64,000 nt of DNA from Planctomycetota bacterium (GCA_965248575.1 CBDFJQ010000002.1:4416001-4480000), one strand, 5' to 3'. Counted from the stretch's first letter, positions 29,014-39,426 are shown. Translations and numbers: made by a program. The notes: generated by a model from the letters alone, not told the origin.

Positions 29014-30744
29014 ATGCAGAAGCTCATCCCGCGCTTGGTCGCGCTGCGGCCGCTGTTGTTCTGTGTGGTCGGCCTCGGCTGCTACTTGAATGCGTGGCAC
29101 ACGCCGTTCGTCTTCGACGACATCAAGGGGATCGTGGAGAGCCCGGGGGTTCGGCAATTGTGGCCGCCCGCCGAGGTCATGGACGTCGCCGCCGATGAGA
29201 CGCCCTGGGGGCGACCGGTCGTCGCCTACAGCCTGGCCGTGAACTATGCGATCAGCGGTCTCGACGTGTGGAGCTACCGGCTCCTGAACCTCGCCATCCA
29301 TATCGGCGCGGCCTGCATCTTGTTCGAGTTGGTCCGTCGACTGCTGCTTGATTCGGGGGTCCCCGCGGCGTTCAAGAGTCAAGCCGACGGGGTGGCCCTG
29401 GCCTCCACGCTGCTCTGGTTGGCGCACCCGTTCGCCACGAGCGTGGTGACCTACACGATTCAACGCGCCGAGTCCTTGATGGCCCTGTTCTATCTGCTGG
29501 CTCTGTACTTGGCGATTTGCAGCTTCGAAGGCAGGAGAAACAAGCGACTGCTCCAAGTTGGCACCGTGGTCGCCTGTTGCCTGGGTGTCGCGTCCAAGGA
29601 GTCCGCAGCCACCGCGCCGCTCGCGATCCTCATGCTGGACTGGGGCGTGCTGAAGAATGGGGCGGTCCTGCGCCGTCGAACAGCCTTCTATGCGTCATTG
29701 GCGGGCTCATGGATCTTGCTGGCCGCCCTGATGCTGAAGTGGCCGCGCTCCGGTTCGGTGGGGGGGACGCAGATCCAAAGCCTGGACTACTTCCTGATGC
29801 AGTGGCAGGTGATTGTGCACTACATGAAGTCGGCGGTTCTGGCGGGGGGATTGTCGTTGGACTACGACTGGCCGCAACCCGACCTGGCGCAGGCGCTGCC
29901 CTACGGTCTGTTCCTAACCGTTCTCGCGGGCGGGGCGGCCTGGCTGTTCTTCCGCCGGCGACTCGCTTGGCCGTTCACCGTCCTGTTCGTATTCCTGGTC
30001 TTGGGTCCCACGTCGTCCTTCGTGCCCATCCACACCTCGGTCGCAGCGGACAACCGTTTCTATCTTCCTTTGGCCGGCGTGATCGTCCTGGGGGTGGTCG
30101 CCATTGCGAGCTTTCTCCAGCAGGTCAGGTGGAGGCCGGCGACGGGGCGCGCGGTGGCCTACGCACTGACCACGGCTCTCGTGTTAACACTGGGCGCCTT
30201 GACCATCGCGCGAAATGAGGCCTACCAGAGCACGGTCACCATCTGGAGAGACGTGACGGACAAGCAGCCTTGGAACGAGCGGGCGTGGAACAATCTCGGT
30301 GGGAACCTCCATCTCGCGGGAGAGAGCGATGAGGCGTTGACTTGCTTGCAGCGGGCGGTGGAACTGAACCCTGAGTATGCGTCCGCGCTGTCGAGCTACG
30401 GCTACGTCTTGGGGCAGTGCGATCGAGCCAAGGAGGCGATCATCGTGCTGCAACGCGCGATCACATTGGACCCCATGGATGTCGCGCCGCGGATCAATCT
30501 CGGCGGCGTGGCCTACTACAACAATGATCTCGACCTCGCCGCGACGGCCTATCGCGGCGCGCTGGCTCTGGAACCGCAACACGCTGGAGCCAACTTCGAT
30601 CTCGCTGTGATCTCGCTTCACCAGGGACGGCTGCAGAAGGGGTTGGAGCACGTCGCCCGGACTCTGGAGACCGAACCGGACTACCCCGAAGCCGCGCAGC
30701 TCGAGGAAGAGTTGAAGCAGCGTCTGAAGGCAGCTGGAGGGTAG
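29014..30744 (+). CDS. TMTC-like membrane glycosyltransferase with TPR repeats
   Basis: FVFDD, RP, HP...V.Y..QR.E, SKES, RFYLP, C-terminal TPRs. Confidence 0.88.
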   Translation: MQKLIPRLVALRPLLFCVVGLGCYLNAWHTPFVFDDIKGIVESPGVRQLWPPAEVMDVAADETPWGRPVVAYSLAVNYAISGLDVWSYRLLNLAIHIGAACILFELVRRLLLDSGVPAAFKSQADGVALASTLLWLAHPFATSVVTYTIQRAESLMALFYLLALYLAICSFEGRRNKRLLQVGTVVACCLGVASKESAATAPLAILMLDWGVLKNGAVLRRRTAFYASLAGSWILLAALMLKWPRSGSVGGTQIQSLDYFLMQWQVIVHYMKSAVLAGGLSLDYDWPQPDLAQALPYGLFLTVLAGGAAWLFFRRRLAWPFTVLFVFLVLGPTSSFVPIHTSVAADNRFYLPLAGVIVLGVVAIASFLQQVRWRPATGRAVAYALTTALVLTLGALTIARNEAYQSTVTIWRDVTDKQPWNERAWNNLGGNLHLAGESDEALTCLQRAVELNPEYASALSSYGYVLGQCDRAKEAIIVLQRAITLDPMDVAPRINLGGVAYYNNDLDLAATAYRGALALEPQHAGANFDLAVISLHQGRLQKGLEHVARTLETEPDYPEAAQLEEELKQRLKAAGG

Positions 30745-30809
30745 CGGCATCGCCGTGACCGAAATGCCGGACGCGGCCAGGGAAACTCAACACTTGCCCC
30801 CGCAGCGCT

Positions 30810-31409
30810 CTACACCCAGCGCCTGACCCGCGAGCAGTAGTCCGCGTACTCGCTGCCGTGGGCCTTTAGCAGGTGCTGCTCCTCCTGGCGGACCTGCATT
30901 TGGAACGCCAGGTCGCCGATCAGGAAGGTGATCAGTGAGTACGGGCACGGGACCACGAGGAACATGGCGAAGTAGCTCAGTCGCAGAGCGAGGAAGATCG
31001 GGTTGCGTGAATGGCGGAACAACCCTCTCGCGATCAATTCGGTCGAGTTCTCGGTGTCGATCTCGATGCGCCAGGATGTCTTCATTTGGCATTGCGCGGT
31101 GACAATCAACACCAGGCACAGCATGAGCAGCAAGCTACCTGCGGTTGCGATGGTGTCGGTGGCCAGGAAGCTGAAGCGATTCGCGCTGAGAGTGTCCAGC
31201 CCGAAGACGTAGTCAACGACCAAGCCCAGTGCCAAGACCAAGTGGATCTTGAAGACGACCGCCAGGGACTTAAGGATCGTGTGCTTGTTCGCTTGAGTCA
31301 GCGCGTTGACTCCGGTTTGCTTGAAGACAAGCCGGCTACGCAAGAGCAGGGCGATTGTCACGAACAGAGTGAAGTAGCTCAGCAGGACGGTCTTGAAGAA
31401 CAGTTCCAT
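30810..31409 (-). CDS. Isoprenylcysteine carboxylmethyltransferase family protein
   Basis: SWRI, GLFRHSRNPIF, EE..L..G.EY..Y..RVRRW. Confidence 0.9.
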   Translation of the reverse strand: MELFFKTVLLSYFTLFVTIALLLRSRLVFKQTGVNALTQANKHTILKSLAVVFKIHLVLALGLVVDYVFGLDTLSANRFSFLATDTIATAGSLLLMLCLVLIVTAQCQMKTSWRIEIDTENSTELIARGLFRHSRNPIFLALRLSYFAMFLVVPCPYSLITFLIGDLAFQMQVRQEEQHLLKAHGSEYADYCSRVRRWV

Positions 31410-31458
31410 GACACGGTCCTTCGAAGAGAGTTGCTGTCGTGCGCTTCGGGCGACCGTC

Positions 31459-31501
31459 GGACCGGCCGAGCTGGCTAGGTCAGAACATGTTGCCCGATCC
31501 T
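31459..31501 (+). repeat. Compressed end relic (GPAEL + partial end motif)
   Basis: ggaccggccgagctg then ggtcagaacatgttgcccgatcct. Confidence 0.4.
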
Positions 31502-31521
31502 ACACGCGGCACTTGCCGACA

Positions 31522-31684
31522 GTTGCGGGCACTCCTCACCATCTGCGAGTTCTCCAGACTCACCCCAGACCCATGCGGCTACGACTCGCGGATGTCGACA
31601 GCAACTGCTCTTTTCGGGCTACTGCAAGCGTCTCTCCGCACCCGTCAGCGCCTGGTGGCCGAGAACCTGGCGCTCCGGCGTCAG
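31522..31684 (+). mobile_element. Repeat A copy 2 followed by N-terminal relic of an integrase-core (rve) transposase
   Basis: MSTATALFGLLQASLRTRQRLVAENLALRRQ at 31592-31684 matches the L..ENLALR.Q N-terminus recalled for such transposases. Confidence 0.65.
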
Positions 31685-31749
31685 CATCCGGGGATGCCAC
31701 TTCCCCAGACGATCCTCAAACTCCAGACTCGTGACAACCAGGAGGCCCC

Positions 31750-32388
31750 ATGACTGATGCATCCGTCCCAGACTTCCGACCCGTGCGACGATTGGCCCAT
31801 GCCCGGTGGCTCGTTCTACTCACGATCTTGCTCGTGGGCTGCCGGACGTCCAAGATCCGCACCGTCGAGTCGTTTCGCGCCATCCGTGACAGCAGTGAGT
31901 ACGAACTGGCCCGCAACTACCTCGGCAGCGATCCCCGCGTCTGGTACGGCGAGCGCACGGGCGAGGGTATGCCCTGGACGCTCGGCGCTGGACGGTACGA
32001 CAACTGGGACGAGCAATTCCGCTCGTCCGGCGACCTCGGGCCCTGGCATCCGGAGGGCGACACGGTCTGGGCGGTGGCCACGGAGTGGAACGAGTACTAC
32101 AGCCTCATCGAACGCCAGGGTGTCTCCCGTTATCGCATCACCTACTTCTTCGACCGGCACGGCCAGATCGAGGGTTACATGATCTCCGCTGCCTACCCCG
32201 GCGAGCCGGACGAAGCCTCGACGGATCGGATCGATGAGATCGAGGTTTGGGCCGAGGCGAATCACCCGGAGGAATGGGAGTACCTCCATCCGGGCGGTCG
32301 ACTTGATCCGACCGGCGACCGCGCGCAGCGAACGCGGACACTCATCAACGAGTGGCGTCGCGAAGTCGGACTCCCGACGGTCGACTAG
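31750..32388 (+). CDS. Hypothetical lipoprotein (SnoaL/NTF2-like?)
   Basis: LLVGC lipobox; GGAGG upstream. Confidence 0.7.
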   Translation: MTDASVPDFRPVRRLAHARWLVLLTILLVGCRTSKIRTVESFRAIRDSSEYELARNYLGSDPRVWYGERTGEGMPWTLGAGRYDNWDEQFRSSGDLGPWHPEGDTVWAVATEWNEYYSLIERQGVSRYRITYFFDRHGQIEGYMISAAYPGEPDEASTDRIDEIEVWAEANHPEEWEYLHPGGRLDPTGDRAQRTRTLINEWRREVGLPTVD

Positions 32389-32574
32389 CCGTCGCCCAGC
32401 CCCCTGGCACCGGTGGCGGCCCGGGCGACGGAGACCCTCACCGCCTCTCCACGCAAGCCGCCACCCGGACAAGCATGATGAGTGTGGTCTTCGAGCCGCT
32501 GAGCGGGCGTCAACGGGGGTGTGGGTTGGACCAAGTCAGAGGTCTTTTCTCAGCGAGCGTCCAGTGACGCCCGG

Positions 32575-33966
32575 TCAGTTGGCCGTACCCTTCACGCCGT
32601 TCGACAGCGTGATGCCGTGCAATGTCGAGGCATCCTCCACCAGGAATTGGAACCACACGCCCGTTCCCGCCGGCACGCCAGTCGGCCAGATCGTGGCGCC
32701 CGTGAACGTTCCCGACGCGTTCGCGAAGACCGTGAGTTGGCTGGTGAACGGAAAGGAATGCACGGTGCCGCCGAGCGCTGCGAACGGCGTGGGTGCGAAG
32801 GAGATCCAGGCCAGCATGAGCGCATTGGTCGCTGCATCGGTGAGCTCGACCGACGCTGTGGAGCCTGCCGTGAGCGGACCGCTGCCCGTGAGGGACGGGA
32901 CGCCGTTGGCGCCCGACGTGCCACCGCCGAGATCGGTCCAGGCGCTCGACACGGGCAGCTGGATGATCACGGCCCCGTTGGGCGCGGCGCCGACGCCGTC
33001 GTACGCCGCAAGGAATGTCAGTCCGTCTCGTGACACACCCATCATCTCGGTCAGGTCCACTTCGGAGGGCATCGGAATGCCCAGATCGAAGAAGAACTCA
33101 GCGGCTAGCTTCGCGCCACCGCTCTCGGTCCAGACCCAAGGAGTCTTGCCCGTGAATGGACTGCCGTAGGAGCCGACGACCACCGTTCCATCGTCGCTGA
33201 CGCCGGTCGGCAACGAGTTGTTGTTGGGCACGTTGATCTCCGTGAAGGCGCCGTTCCGGTTCACGAACGCGCCGCGGACCTTGCCCTGGCCCGCGAAGAT
33301 GCTCCCGTCGTGGTTCATCGCTGTGATCTCGCCCTCGCCATCGGGGTTGAGCCCGAAAACGAGTGGGAAAGTCTCGACGTTCGAGGAGTCCCACAGGGCG
33401 GCGCGCCTGAAGCCGAGGGTCGGGTGCGTGTCCCAACCGCCCACCCTCGATCCGTCGCCGGCCAGCGTGCGCACGGCGCCGAAGCTGCCGGTGATCGGCA
33501 AGACGTTGTACCCGCCCGACTGAGTCCACGTGTAGGGTGTCAGGTTGCACATCAGGAAGAGTTCGCCGGCGATCTTGGAGCCGTCTGCGGAGAGGGCGTA
33601 GGGCTCCCCGTAGCCGGGACAACCACCGACCCCCGGAAAGCCGCCGAGGAACATCCACTCGCCCGAGGTCTCTGCCCAGAAACCAGATCCCTGCTTGGTG
33701 CCGAACGGGTCGTCCATCAGACCTGCAATTACAGCGCCTCCGTCGCACACGGCCCGCGGGTTGTACAGGCTTCCCGTCACCGCGACGGGTCCGGTGCTCT
33801 CCTTCCAGAGAAACGGAGCCGATCCCTGCCAGCCCGTGGCCGCGACACCGTCGCGTGACAAAGCACGGGGTGAGGCGAAGGGCAGGACCGTCACGGTCTG
33901 GGCCTCGGCCGGCGAGGAGACGGCTGCGAATCCCGCAACGAGGAGGAACGACAGGCGGTGGTTCAT
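32575..33966 (-). CDS. Secreted HAF-like repeat protein with shared C-terminal domain
   Basis: ALS.DG...G repeats; CTD at 32575-32940. Confidence 0.85.
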   Translation of the reverse strand: MNHRLSFLLVAGFAAVSSPAEAQTVTVLPFASPRALSRDGVAATGWQGSAPFLWKESTGPVAVTGSLYNPRAVCDGGAVIAGLMDDPFGTKQGSGFWAETSGEWMFLGGFPGVGGCPGYGEPYALSADGSKIAGELFLMCNLTPYTWTQSGGYNVLPITGSFGAVRTLAGDGSRVGGWDTHPTLGFRRAALWDSSNVETFPLVFGLNPDGEGEITAMNHDGSIFAGQGKVRGAFVNRNGAFTEINVPNNNSLPTGVSDDGTVVVGSYGSPFTGKTPWVWTESGGAKLAAEFFFDLGIPMPSEVDLTEMMGVSRDGLTFLAAYDGVGAAPNGAVIIQLPVSSAWTDLGGGTSGANGVPSLTGSGPLTAGSTASVELTDAATNALMLAWISFAPTPFAALGGTVHSFPFTSQLTVFANASGTFTGATIWPTGVPAGTGVWFQFLVEDASTLHGITLSNGVKGTAN

Positions 33967-34278
33967 GGGAGAGATCCGGATCGGAGAAAATGCGAGCGAT
34001 GCTCGGAAAGCGAGCCAGCATGAGGTGAGCGCGCGGAAGCCGTGTGACATCTCCATCGCGCACCAGATCAAGGCTAGTCGATCTGGGTCTGCCCAGGCCA
34101 AGAAGCTCCGCAATCGGCAACACCAGCTCCGACTGGTCCAGCCCCCACGAGGCGTTCCAGGCCGGGTATCACGCTTTCCGCGAGGCCGAGAGCGGCGATG
34201 CACGGGGCGGTGTCGCAGGAGTATGGAGGTGGGTTGCCTCGAGCAGGGCTGTGCCGACGACTTGCAACGGACCCCCGA

Positions 34279-35661
34279 TCACTGCGCCCCCGCGTGCAAC
34301 GCGTTCGACAACGTAAACCCGTCCGGTGTCGTGGCGTCCTGCACGAGGAACTGCAGCCAGAACTCGAATCCGGAGGGCAGGCTCGCGGGCCAGTTCGTGG
34401 CGAGGTCGAGCGTGCCGGCGGGGGTCGCGGCGTAGACCAGCTGCGACGTGAAGGGGAAGACGTGCATCGTGCCGCCGGCGAGCGGGATCGGCATCGAGTC
34501 CGACGCGAGCCACGCGATGAGCAGGGCGTTCGGCGGCGCGGCGTCGAGCGAGATGGCGACGGGCTGGCCGGTGAAGAGCGCGCCGGAGCCTGCGAGCTCT
34601 GGCGTGCCAGCGGCACCCGCCGAGCCGCCGCCTGCGTCGATCCAGCAGGTGTGGGGCGGGTCCAGGTCGGGGGCGCACGGGTCAGGCTCGGTGCACGATC
34701 CGAAGAAGGCGTCGATCAGGTCCGCCTCCTCGCGCGTCATGCATGGAATGACGCGGGTCTCTACGTCAAAGTCTGGCGCGTCGGCCACGCTGAAGATATT
34801 GGCCCACTCATCGAAGTCCGCGACGATGCTCTGCGTCCCGGCCGAGGTGCACCAGTCGCGTTGGCTGCTCACATCCACGGCGACGACGTCGACCGTGTCC
34901 CCGTCGCAGTTCCAGTCGACGGGGCCGTAGCCGATGCCCACCGACTCGTCGAGGGCTGTCTCGTCAATATCGAGCGTGCAGACGTGATCCGCCGAGTAGT
35001 CCAGCTGGTGGAAGGGGTGCCCGCTGGGGACGAGGCCCTCGCACTCCATCTGGGCCCGCACGCCGCGGGTCTGGTAGCGGTACGCCATGACGCTCGGGAG
35101 GTTCGGCTTGTACTGCGCTACGAGCGAGCTCGACTGGTCGCCCGAGTGGGAGAGCCCGAGGTTGTGGCCGAGCTCGTGCATGAAGGTGCCGGCCCGGTCG
35201 AATGGGGTGCCGACCTCCCCGGGCCAGGCGCCGAGGCTCACCATGAACTCGTCGCCGAACAGCTCGCCCAGGCCGGAGCTCGTCGTGGGGGTGCCGCCGA
35301 ACTCGTATTGGTGGATGAAGACGCCGTAGTGCCAGCCGGTTCCAGCGGGATGGTCGCGGTAGGTGGTCTCGATGGTGGCCCACTCGCCGCTGCTGAACGA
35401 GCCATCGATGAACTCGAGCGCGGCGGTCTCGGGGATCGAGTCGCTGAACTCGATGTTGAGCGTCACGCCGCGGCGCGCGAAGGCCTGCACGACGCCGTCG
35501 AGCTCACACATCGAGGGCGCGTGGTCGTGGTCGCCAGCGGTGAACCAGTCGACTTCGACGTTGACGGTCGTCGTACCGGCGAGGGCGGGCGTCGCGCCCA
35601 CTGCGGGAGTCAGGGCCGGAGCGAAGAGAAGGACGAGGGCGGCGAGAGGGAGAGCGGGCAT
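34279..35661 (-). CDS. Secreted metzincin zinc metalloprotease with shared C-terminal domain
   Basis: HELGHNLGLSH and SVMAY Met-turn; CTD at 34279-34644. Confidence 0.88.
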   Translation of the reverse strand: MPALPLAALVLLFAPALTPAVGATPALAGTTTVNVEVDWFTAGDHDHAPSMCELDGVVQAFARRGVTLNIEFSDSIPETAALEFIDGSFSSGEWATIETTYRDHPAGTGWHYGVFIHQYEFGGTPTTSSGLGELFGDEFMVSLGAWPGEVGTPFDRAGTFMHELGHNLGLSHSGDQSSSLVAQYKPNLPSVMAYRYQTRGVRAQMECEGLVPSGHPFHQLDYSADHVCTLDIDETALDESVGIGYGPVDWNCDGDTVDVVAVDVSSQRDWCTSAGTQSIVADFDEWANIFSVADAPDFDVETRVIPCMTREEADLIDAFFGSCTEPDPCAPDLDPPHTCWIDAGGGSAGAAGTPELAGSGALFTGQPVAISLDAAPPNALLIAWLASDSMPIPLAGGTMHVFPFTSQLVYAATPAGTLDLATNWPASLPSGFEFWLQFLVQDATTPDGFTLSNALHAGAQ

Positions 35662-35963
35662 GGCGGGGGCCGTTTCGGGGAAACTGGCGGACTTCGGAGG
35701 CAACAGCCTACCGTGGGTCCAGGCTCTGCGGGTGCCGGAGTCGTACGCATTGCCTACGAACTTCGGTACCCATGGTCGAGTGCCACGACGCGCGTAGTCG
35801 TTGAGCCACAGTCGTCCCCCGAGCTTCTCGTTCGCCCCGTCAGGTGGTGACCTCTATAGTGCGAGGCCTGAGGTCCGGGGGACCTGTCAGCAATGGAAGC
35901 GGGCGCAAGATCTGGGACACCACCCGACTCTGCGAGCACACATCCGTCCCACGGAGAGGTTCC

Positions 35964-37187
35964 ATGAACAGAACCAGGCTTGCCGTTTTGATCGCGTTCC
36001 TCCTGACGGTCGTCGGCTGCGCATCAAGCGGCCCTCAAGATGCTTTCGGCAACACGCCCACGTATCACGTCATCGACCTGGGGCCGCGCTCGCCGCTGCT
36101 GAGGACGTGGACTCCTCGCCCCTTCGAGGGCACACCGTTCGAGAAGATCCACGGGAAGAACGATCCTCTCGTGGTCGAGGGGCTACCCGACTCCTTCTTC
36201 GACGCCCTGGAGCTCCTGGTGGGCTCTTCCTTCGGCGGGCCGTTGCCACCGGCGAGCGGCATCGCGAGGGACATCGATGAGCAAGGCCGCGTGGCGGGGC
36301 ATGCCTTGCAGGCGCTGTCGCCACTCACCACCCGCAACGTTCCAGCGCTCTACTCCAAGAACCAGGTGTTTCACCTCGATGCGCCGAGCTCTGGTGTGGC
36401 GATGGGCATGAACAACAACCTGCAACTCGTGGGCGCGTACAACGACACCGACGGGCTGAATCAGGCTTTCGTGTGGCACGGGCGGTTCGGCCAGTTCGAG
36501 TCGCTGCCGCAGGTGCCGAACCAATCGCGCGTGGCCACGGCGATCGCAGACGACGGGACCATCGTGGGTTTCAGCAGCACTCCCAACGGGTTCAAGCCCT
36601 TCAAGATGGTCGACGGCGAACTCCAGGAGCTGGCGACGACCTTCAACCGGACGTTCGCCAACGACGTCAACGACGACGGCCTCATCGTGGGTCGCGAGCG
36701 GCAGGCCGGGAAGAACACCGCCGTGAAGTGGGAGGATGGCGCCATCTCCCCGTTGAATGGAACGACGGACGGCGACGGCAAGCTCGTGGACTCCGTGGCT
36801 AACGCCGTCAACGACAAGGGACTGATCGCCGGGCGCCTTGGCACGCGGGCTGTCGTCTGGACCCCGTACGGCGTGGTGCTGGATGTTGCGGGAGGTTCGT
36901 TCCCTGCCGAGGCTCGTGACGTGAACACGCTGGGCCAGGTGGTCGGCACCGTCACGACGTGGCGCGACTACGCCTTCATCTATCCCAGTGCCGGCAGTGA
37001 AGCGCTCGAGCTGCTGATCGACCAAAGCCTCCCCTGGGTGTTCCATCAGGCCGTCGCCATCAACGACAAGGGCTGGATCACTGGCAACGGAGATCTCGCT
37101 GGCGAGTCGCGCGTTTTCCTGCTCGTCCCGTGGGGGGAGCTGTACAGCCCCGGCGGCACCGGCCCGATCGTCGGCGTGGTGCCGTAA
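35964..37187 (+). CDS. HAF-repeat lipoprotein
   Basis: VVGC lipobox; A..IND.G.IVG repeats. Confidence 0.85.
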   Translation: MNRTRLAVLIAFLLTVVGCASSGPQDAFGNTPTYHVIDLGPRSPLLRTWTPRPFEGTPFEKIHGKNDPLVVEGLPDSFFDALELLVGSSFGGPLPPASGIARDIDEQGRVAGHALQALSPLTTRNVPALYSKNQVFHLDAPSSGVAMGMNNNLQLVGAYNDTDGLNQAFVWHGRFGQFESLPQVPNQSRVATAIADDGTIVGFSSTPNGFKPFKMVDGELQELATTFNRTFANDVNDDGLIVGRERQAGKNTAVKWEDGAISPLNGTTDGDGKLVDSVANAVNDKGLIAGRLGTRAVVWTPYGVVLDVAGGSFPAEARDVNTLGQVVGTVTTWRDYAFIYPSAGSEALELLIDQSLPWVFHQAVAINDKGWITGNGDLAGESRVFLLVPWGELYSPGGTGPIVGVVP

Positions 37188-37370
37188 CGGCCCGACCGCG
37201 GTTGGGGACTTCTTCGGCGGCGCGGTCGCCGTTTCGGGTTACGTGCTCGTCGTCGGTTTCCCGCGGGCCTGGCCCCGAGGACGCAGGTCTGGTTCCAGTT
37301 CGTGCTGCAGGACCTGGCTGTGCCCTGCGGCCTCACACTCACCAACGGGGTCCGCGCGACGAGTCCGTGA
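37188..37370 (+). pseudogene. Compressed relic of an FG-GAP + C-terminal-domain gene
   Basis: GDFFGGAVAVSGYVLVVG joined out of frame to PAGLAPRTQVWFQFVLQD...GLTLTNGVRATSP-stop. Confidence 0.8.
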
Positions 37371-37391
37371 GCGGCTTTGAATCGCCCCTCC
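37369..37391 (+). repeat. oriIS-like end motif copy (3' part)
   Basis: gagcggctttgaatcgcccctcc. Confidence 0.6.
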
Positions 37392-37435
37392 ACGTTCGAC
37401 TCTTCCGCCAGGGCTTCAGACGCAGACATCCAGCT

Positions 37436-37780
37436 TCATTTCTTTGCCGTTCGTTTCCGCTTCTTCTGTTTCCCGCGCTCAACCTCCTTCGCCAGGGCTT
37501 CGAGCTTTGGTTCCCAGAAGCGTCTGAACGGCGCAAGCCATTGGTCCACGTCTTGGAGGCCACTCGGCTCAAGCGAGTAGATACGTCGTGCGCCGTCGAC
37601 ACGTACGTTGGCAAAGTTGTTGTCCCGCAGCACCTTGAGATGTTGGGAGATTGCTGGCTGTGAGATTCTGAACTCTTCGCCTACAGAAGAGGCGACCTCG
37701 CCCGACGACAGATCCTGGACGCTGAGATGTTCAAGGATTCGTCGCCGTACCGGGTCGCTCAGAATCGTGAAGGCTTGCAT
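37436..37780 (-). CDS. ArsR/SmtB family regulator
   Basis: DPVRRRIL, SQPAISQHLKVLR. Confidence 0.92.
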   Translation of the reverse strand: MQAFTILSDPVRRRILEHLSVQDLSSGEVASSVGEEFRISQPAISQHLKVLRDNNFANVRVDGARRIYSLEPSGLQDVDQWLAPFRRFWEPKLEALAKEVERGKQKKRKRTAKK

Positions 37781-37796
37781 GTTGGTTCGCCCCTGA

Positions 37797-38441
37797 TCAG
37801 TGTTCTAGTTCCACGCCACAGTAGAACGCAGCCGTTTCTGCAGCCATGGCTTCGGAGGCGCCTGCTTCTTCGCCGGCTTGGATGTGGGCCTCACCCCAGG
37901 CCTTTGCACAGCCCTCAATGAAGACCTTGCCGTTCGTGGACGCCGTCCAGGCATTCGTTTCGCTCTCAAGAACAGGTTGTCCGGTCTTCAGGTATTGACC
38001 CAGACCCAAGAACCCAAGCTCCCAGCCCACGCCCGTCGCTCCTGGGCCGTACTTCTTCCAATGAGCTTCACTCTGTTCGTCCTTGCCGATGAGGTGCTCA
38101 AGGGTCAACCGAGTTCCGTCGCTGACGGGCTCCAGTCGCACCGTCACCCAACTGACGTTGTCGCCATACTCCCACGTGATGTCCAAAGCGGCCGGCCGAT
38201 GACAGCGAGTGATCTCACCGCCTGCGTTGCCCTCCACCTGATAGCGACCTCCCAGCTGCAACTCTCCGGAGATCGGTCCGAACCAACGGGGAATGCGTTC
38301 AGCGTTTGTGACTGCGTCCCACAACTCTTCGGTGTCAACGTCATAAGTGCGGGCCCCGCTCACGATGCGTACCGGCTGCCCCTTGTGCTCCCCGTCCTTG
38401 ACCACGTGGTCTTCGATCCCTAATGCGTTGCTGTAGTCCAT
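37797..38441 (-). CDS. SRPBCC family protein
   Basis: LWDAVT..ERIPRWF, GPGATGVGWE. Confidence 0.9.
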   Translation of the reverse strand: MDYSNALGIEDHVVKDGEHKGQPVRIVSGARTYDVDTEELWDAVTNAERIPRWFGPISGELQLGGRYQVEGNAGGEITRCHRPAALDITWEYGDNVSWVTVRLEPVSDGTRLTLEHLIGKDEQSEAHWKKYGPGATGVGWELGFLGLGQYLKTGQPVLESETNAWTASTNGKVFIEGCAKAWGEAHIQAGEEAGASEAMAAETAAFYCGVELEH

Positions 38442-38445
38442 TTGA

Positions 38446-39336
38446 TCAATCCTGTTCTTTGAGGAAGGCCTGCATGCTCTTCACGTAATCCGGGCTCATC
38501 AACGTGCTGTTGTGATCAAGCCCCTCTAGGACGACCAGCTGCGACATGGACATGAGTTCCTTCGTCTCTTCAGCCGAAGCCTTGAGAGGGTCCTCACCGC
38601 CGACGAGTAGAAGCACAGGAACCTCGTTTGCTTTGAGCTTCTCCTTGGTGACCGTCAGCTGTTGGTGGCCCAGGGCCACTTTGGCGAGTGCATTCTCGTC
38701 TTGGTTCGCAAGGAACATCTTGTTGGTCTGGTCGATTTGCTCGTCCGTTGGTTTGGGCGCTCCCGGAGGCGTGTAAGCGAGGACGAGTGGCTCGAGACCT
38801 CTGCCCGCTTCCAACGACCTCCCCAGCGATTCCATGAATGCGAGCTGCGCGGAACCCTCCAGCATCGCGCCACCGCCCCCGAGAATGGCTGATCTCACGC
38901 GCTGCGGATGGGCTTCCACGACCTTTGCGGCAAGGAAGGCTCCCATCGAGTATCCGACGATGTGGGCTTTCTCGATCTTGAGATGGTCGAGCAGCCTGAC
39001 GACATCCTCGATCATTTCGAGACCATAGTGCTCCGCGTCCTTCGGCTTGCCACTTCGTCCGTGGCCTTTGCAATCCGCCGCGATGACCATGAAATCCTTG
39101 GACAAGGTCTCAAAGACGGTCTTGAACTTGTCTTGCTCAGCCGGTGGGAGAAAGGGGGGTGGTGCGATCCAGTCCTGACTGCTTCCGATGAACCCATGAA
39201 TGAGCACAACTGGCTCGCCCGCTCCGGCAACCGTGTAGTGAATCTTTGTGCCGTTCGAATCAAAGGATTCCTGAGCCTGGCACGTGGCGCTGCCAAGCAG
39301 GGAAAGAACGAACATCAAGCTCGCCAGTGAGTTCAT
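38446..39336 (-). CDS. Exported alpha/beta hydrolase
   Basis: LIHG, GHGRS, GYSMG, terminal H. Confidence 0.9.
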   Translation of the reverse strand: MNSLASLMFVLSLLGSATCQAQESFDSNGTKIHYTVAGAGEPVVLIHGFIGSSQDWIAPPPFLPPAEQDKFKTVFETLSKDFMVIAADCKGHGRSGKPKDAEHYGLEMIEDVVRLLDHLKIEKAHIVGYSMGAFLAAKVVEAHPQRVRSAILGGGGAMLEGSAQLAFMESLGRSLEAGRGLEPLVLAYTPPGAPKPTDEQIDQTNKMFLANQDENALAKVALGHQQLTVTKEKLKANEVPVLLLVGGEDPLKASAEETKELMSMSQLVVLEGLDHNSTLMSPDYVKSMQAFLKEQD

Positions 39337-39426
39337 TGGGCTGGCTCCAACAGAGAAGTGCTACGAGGACAGGAAAGCGATTCGAACCGAGCGATGGTTC
39401 ATCCCGCACATCTAAGCGAAAGGCTA

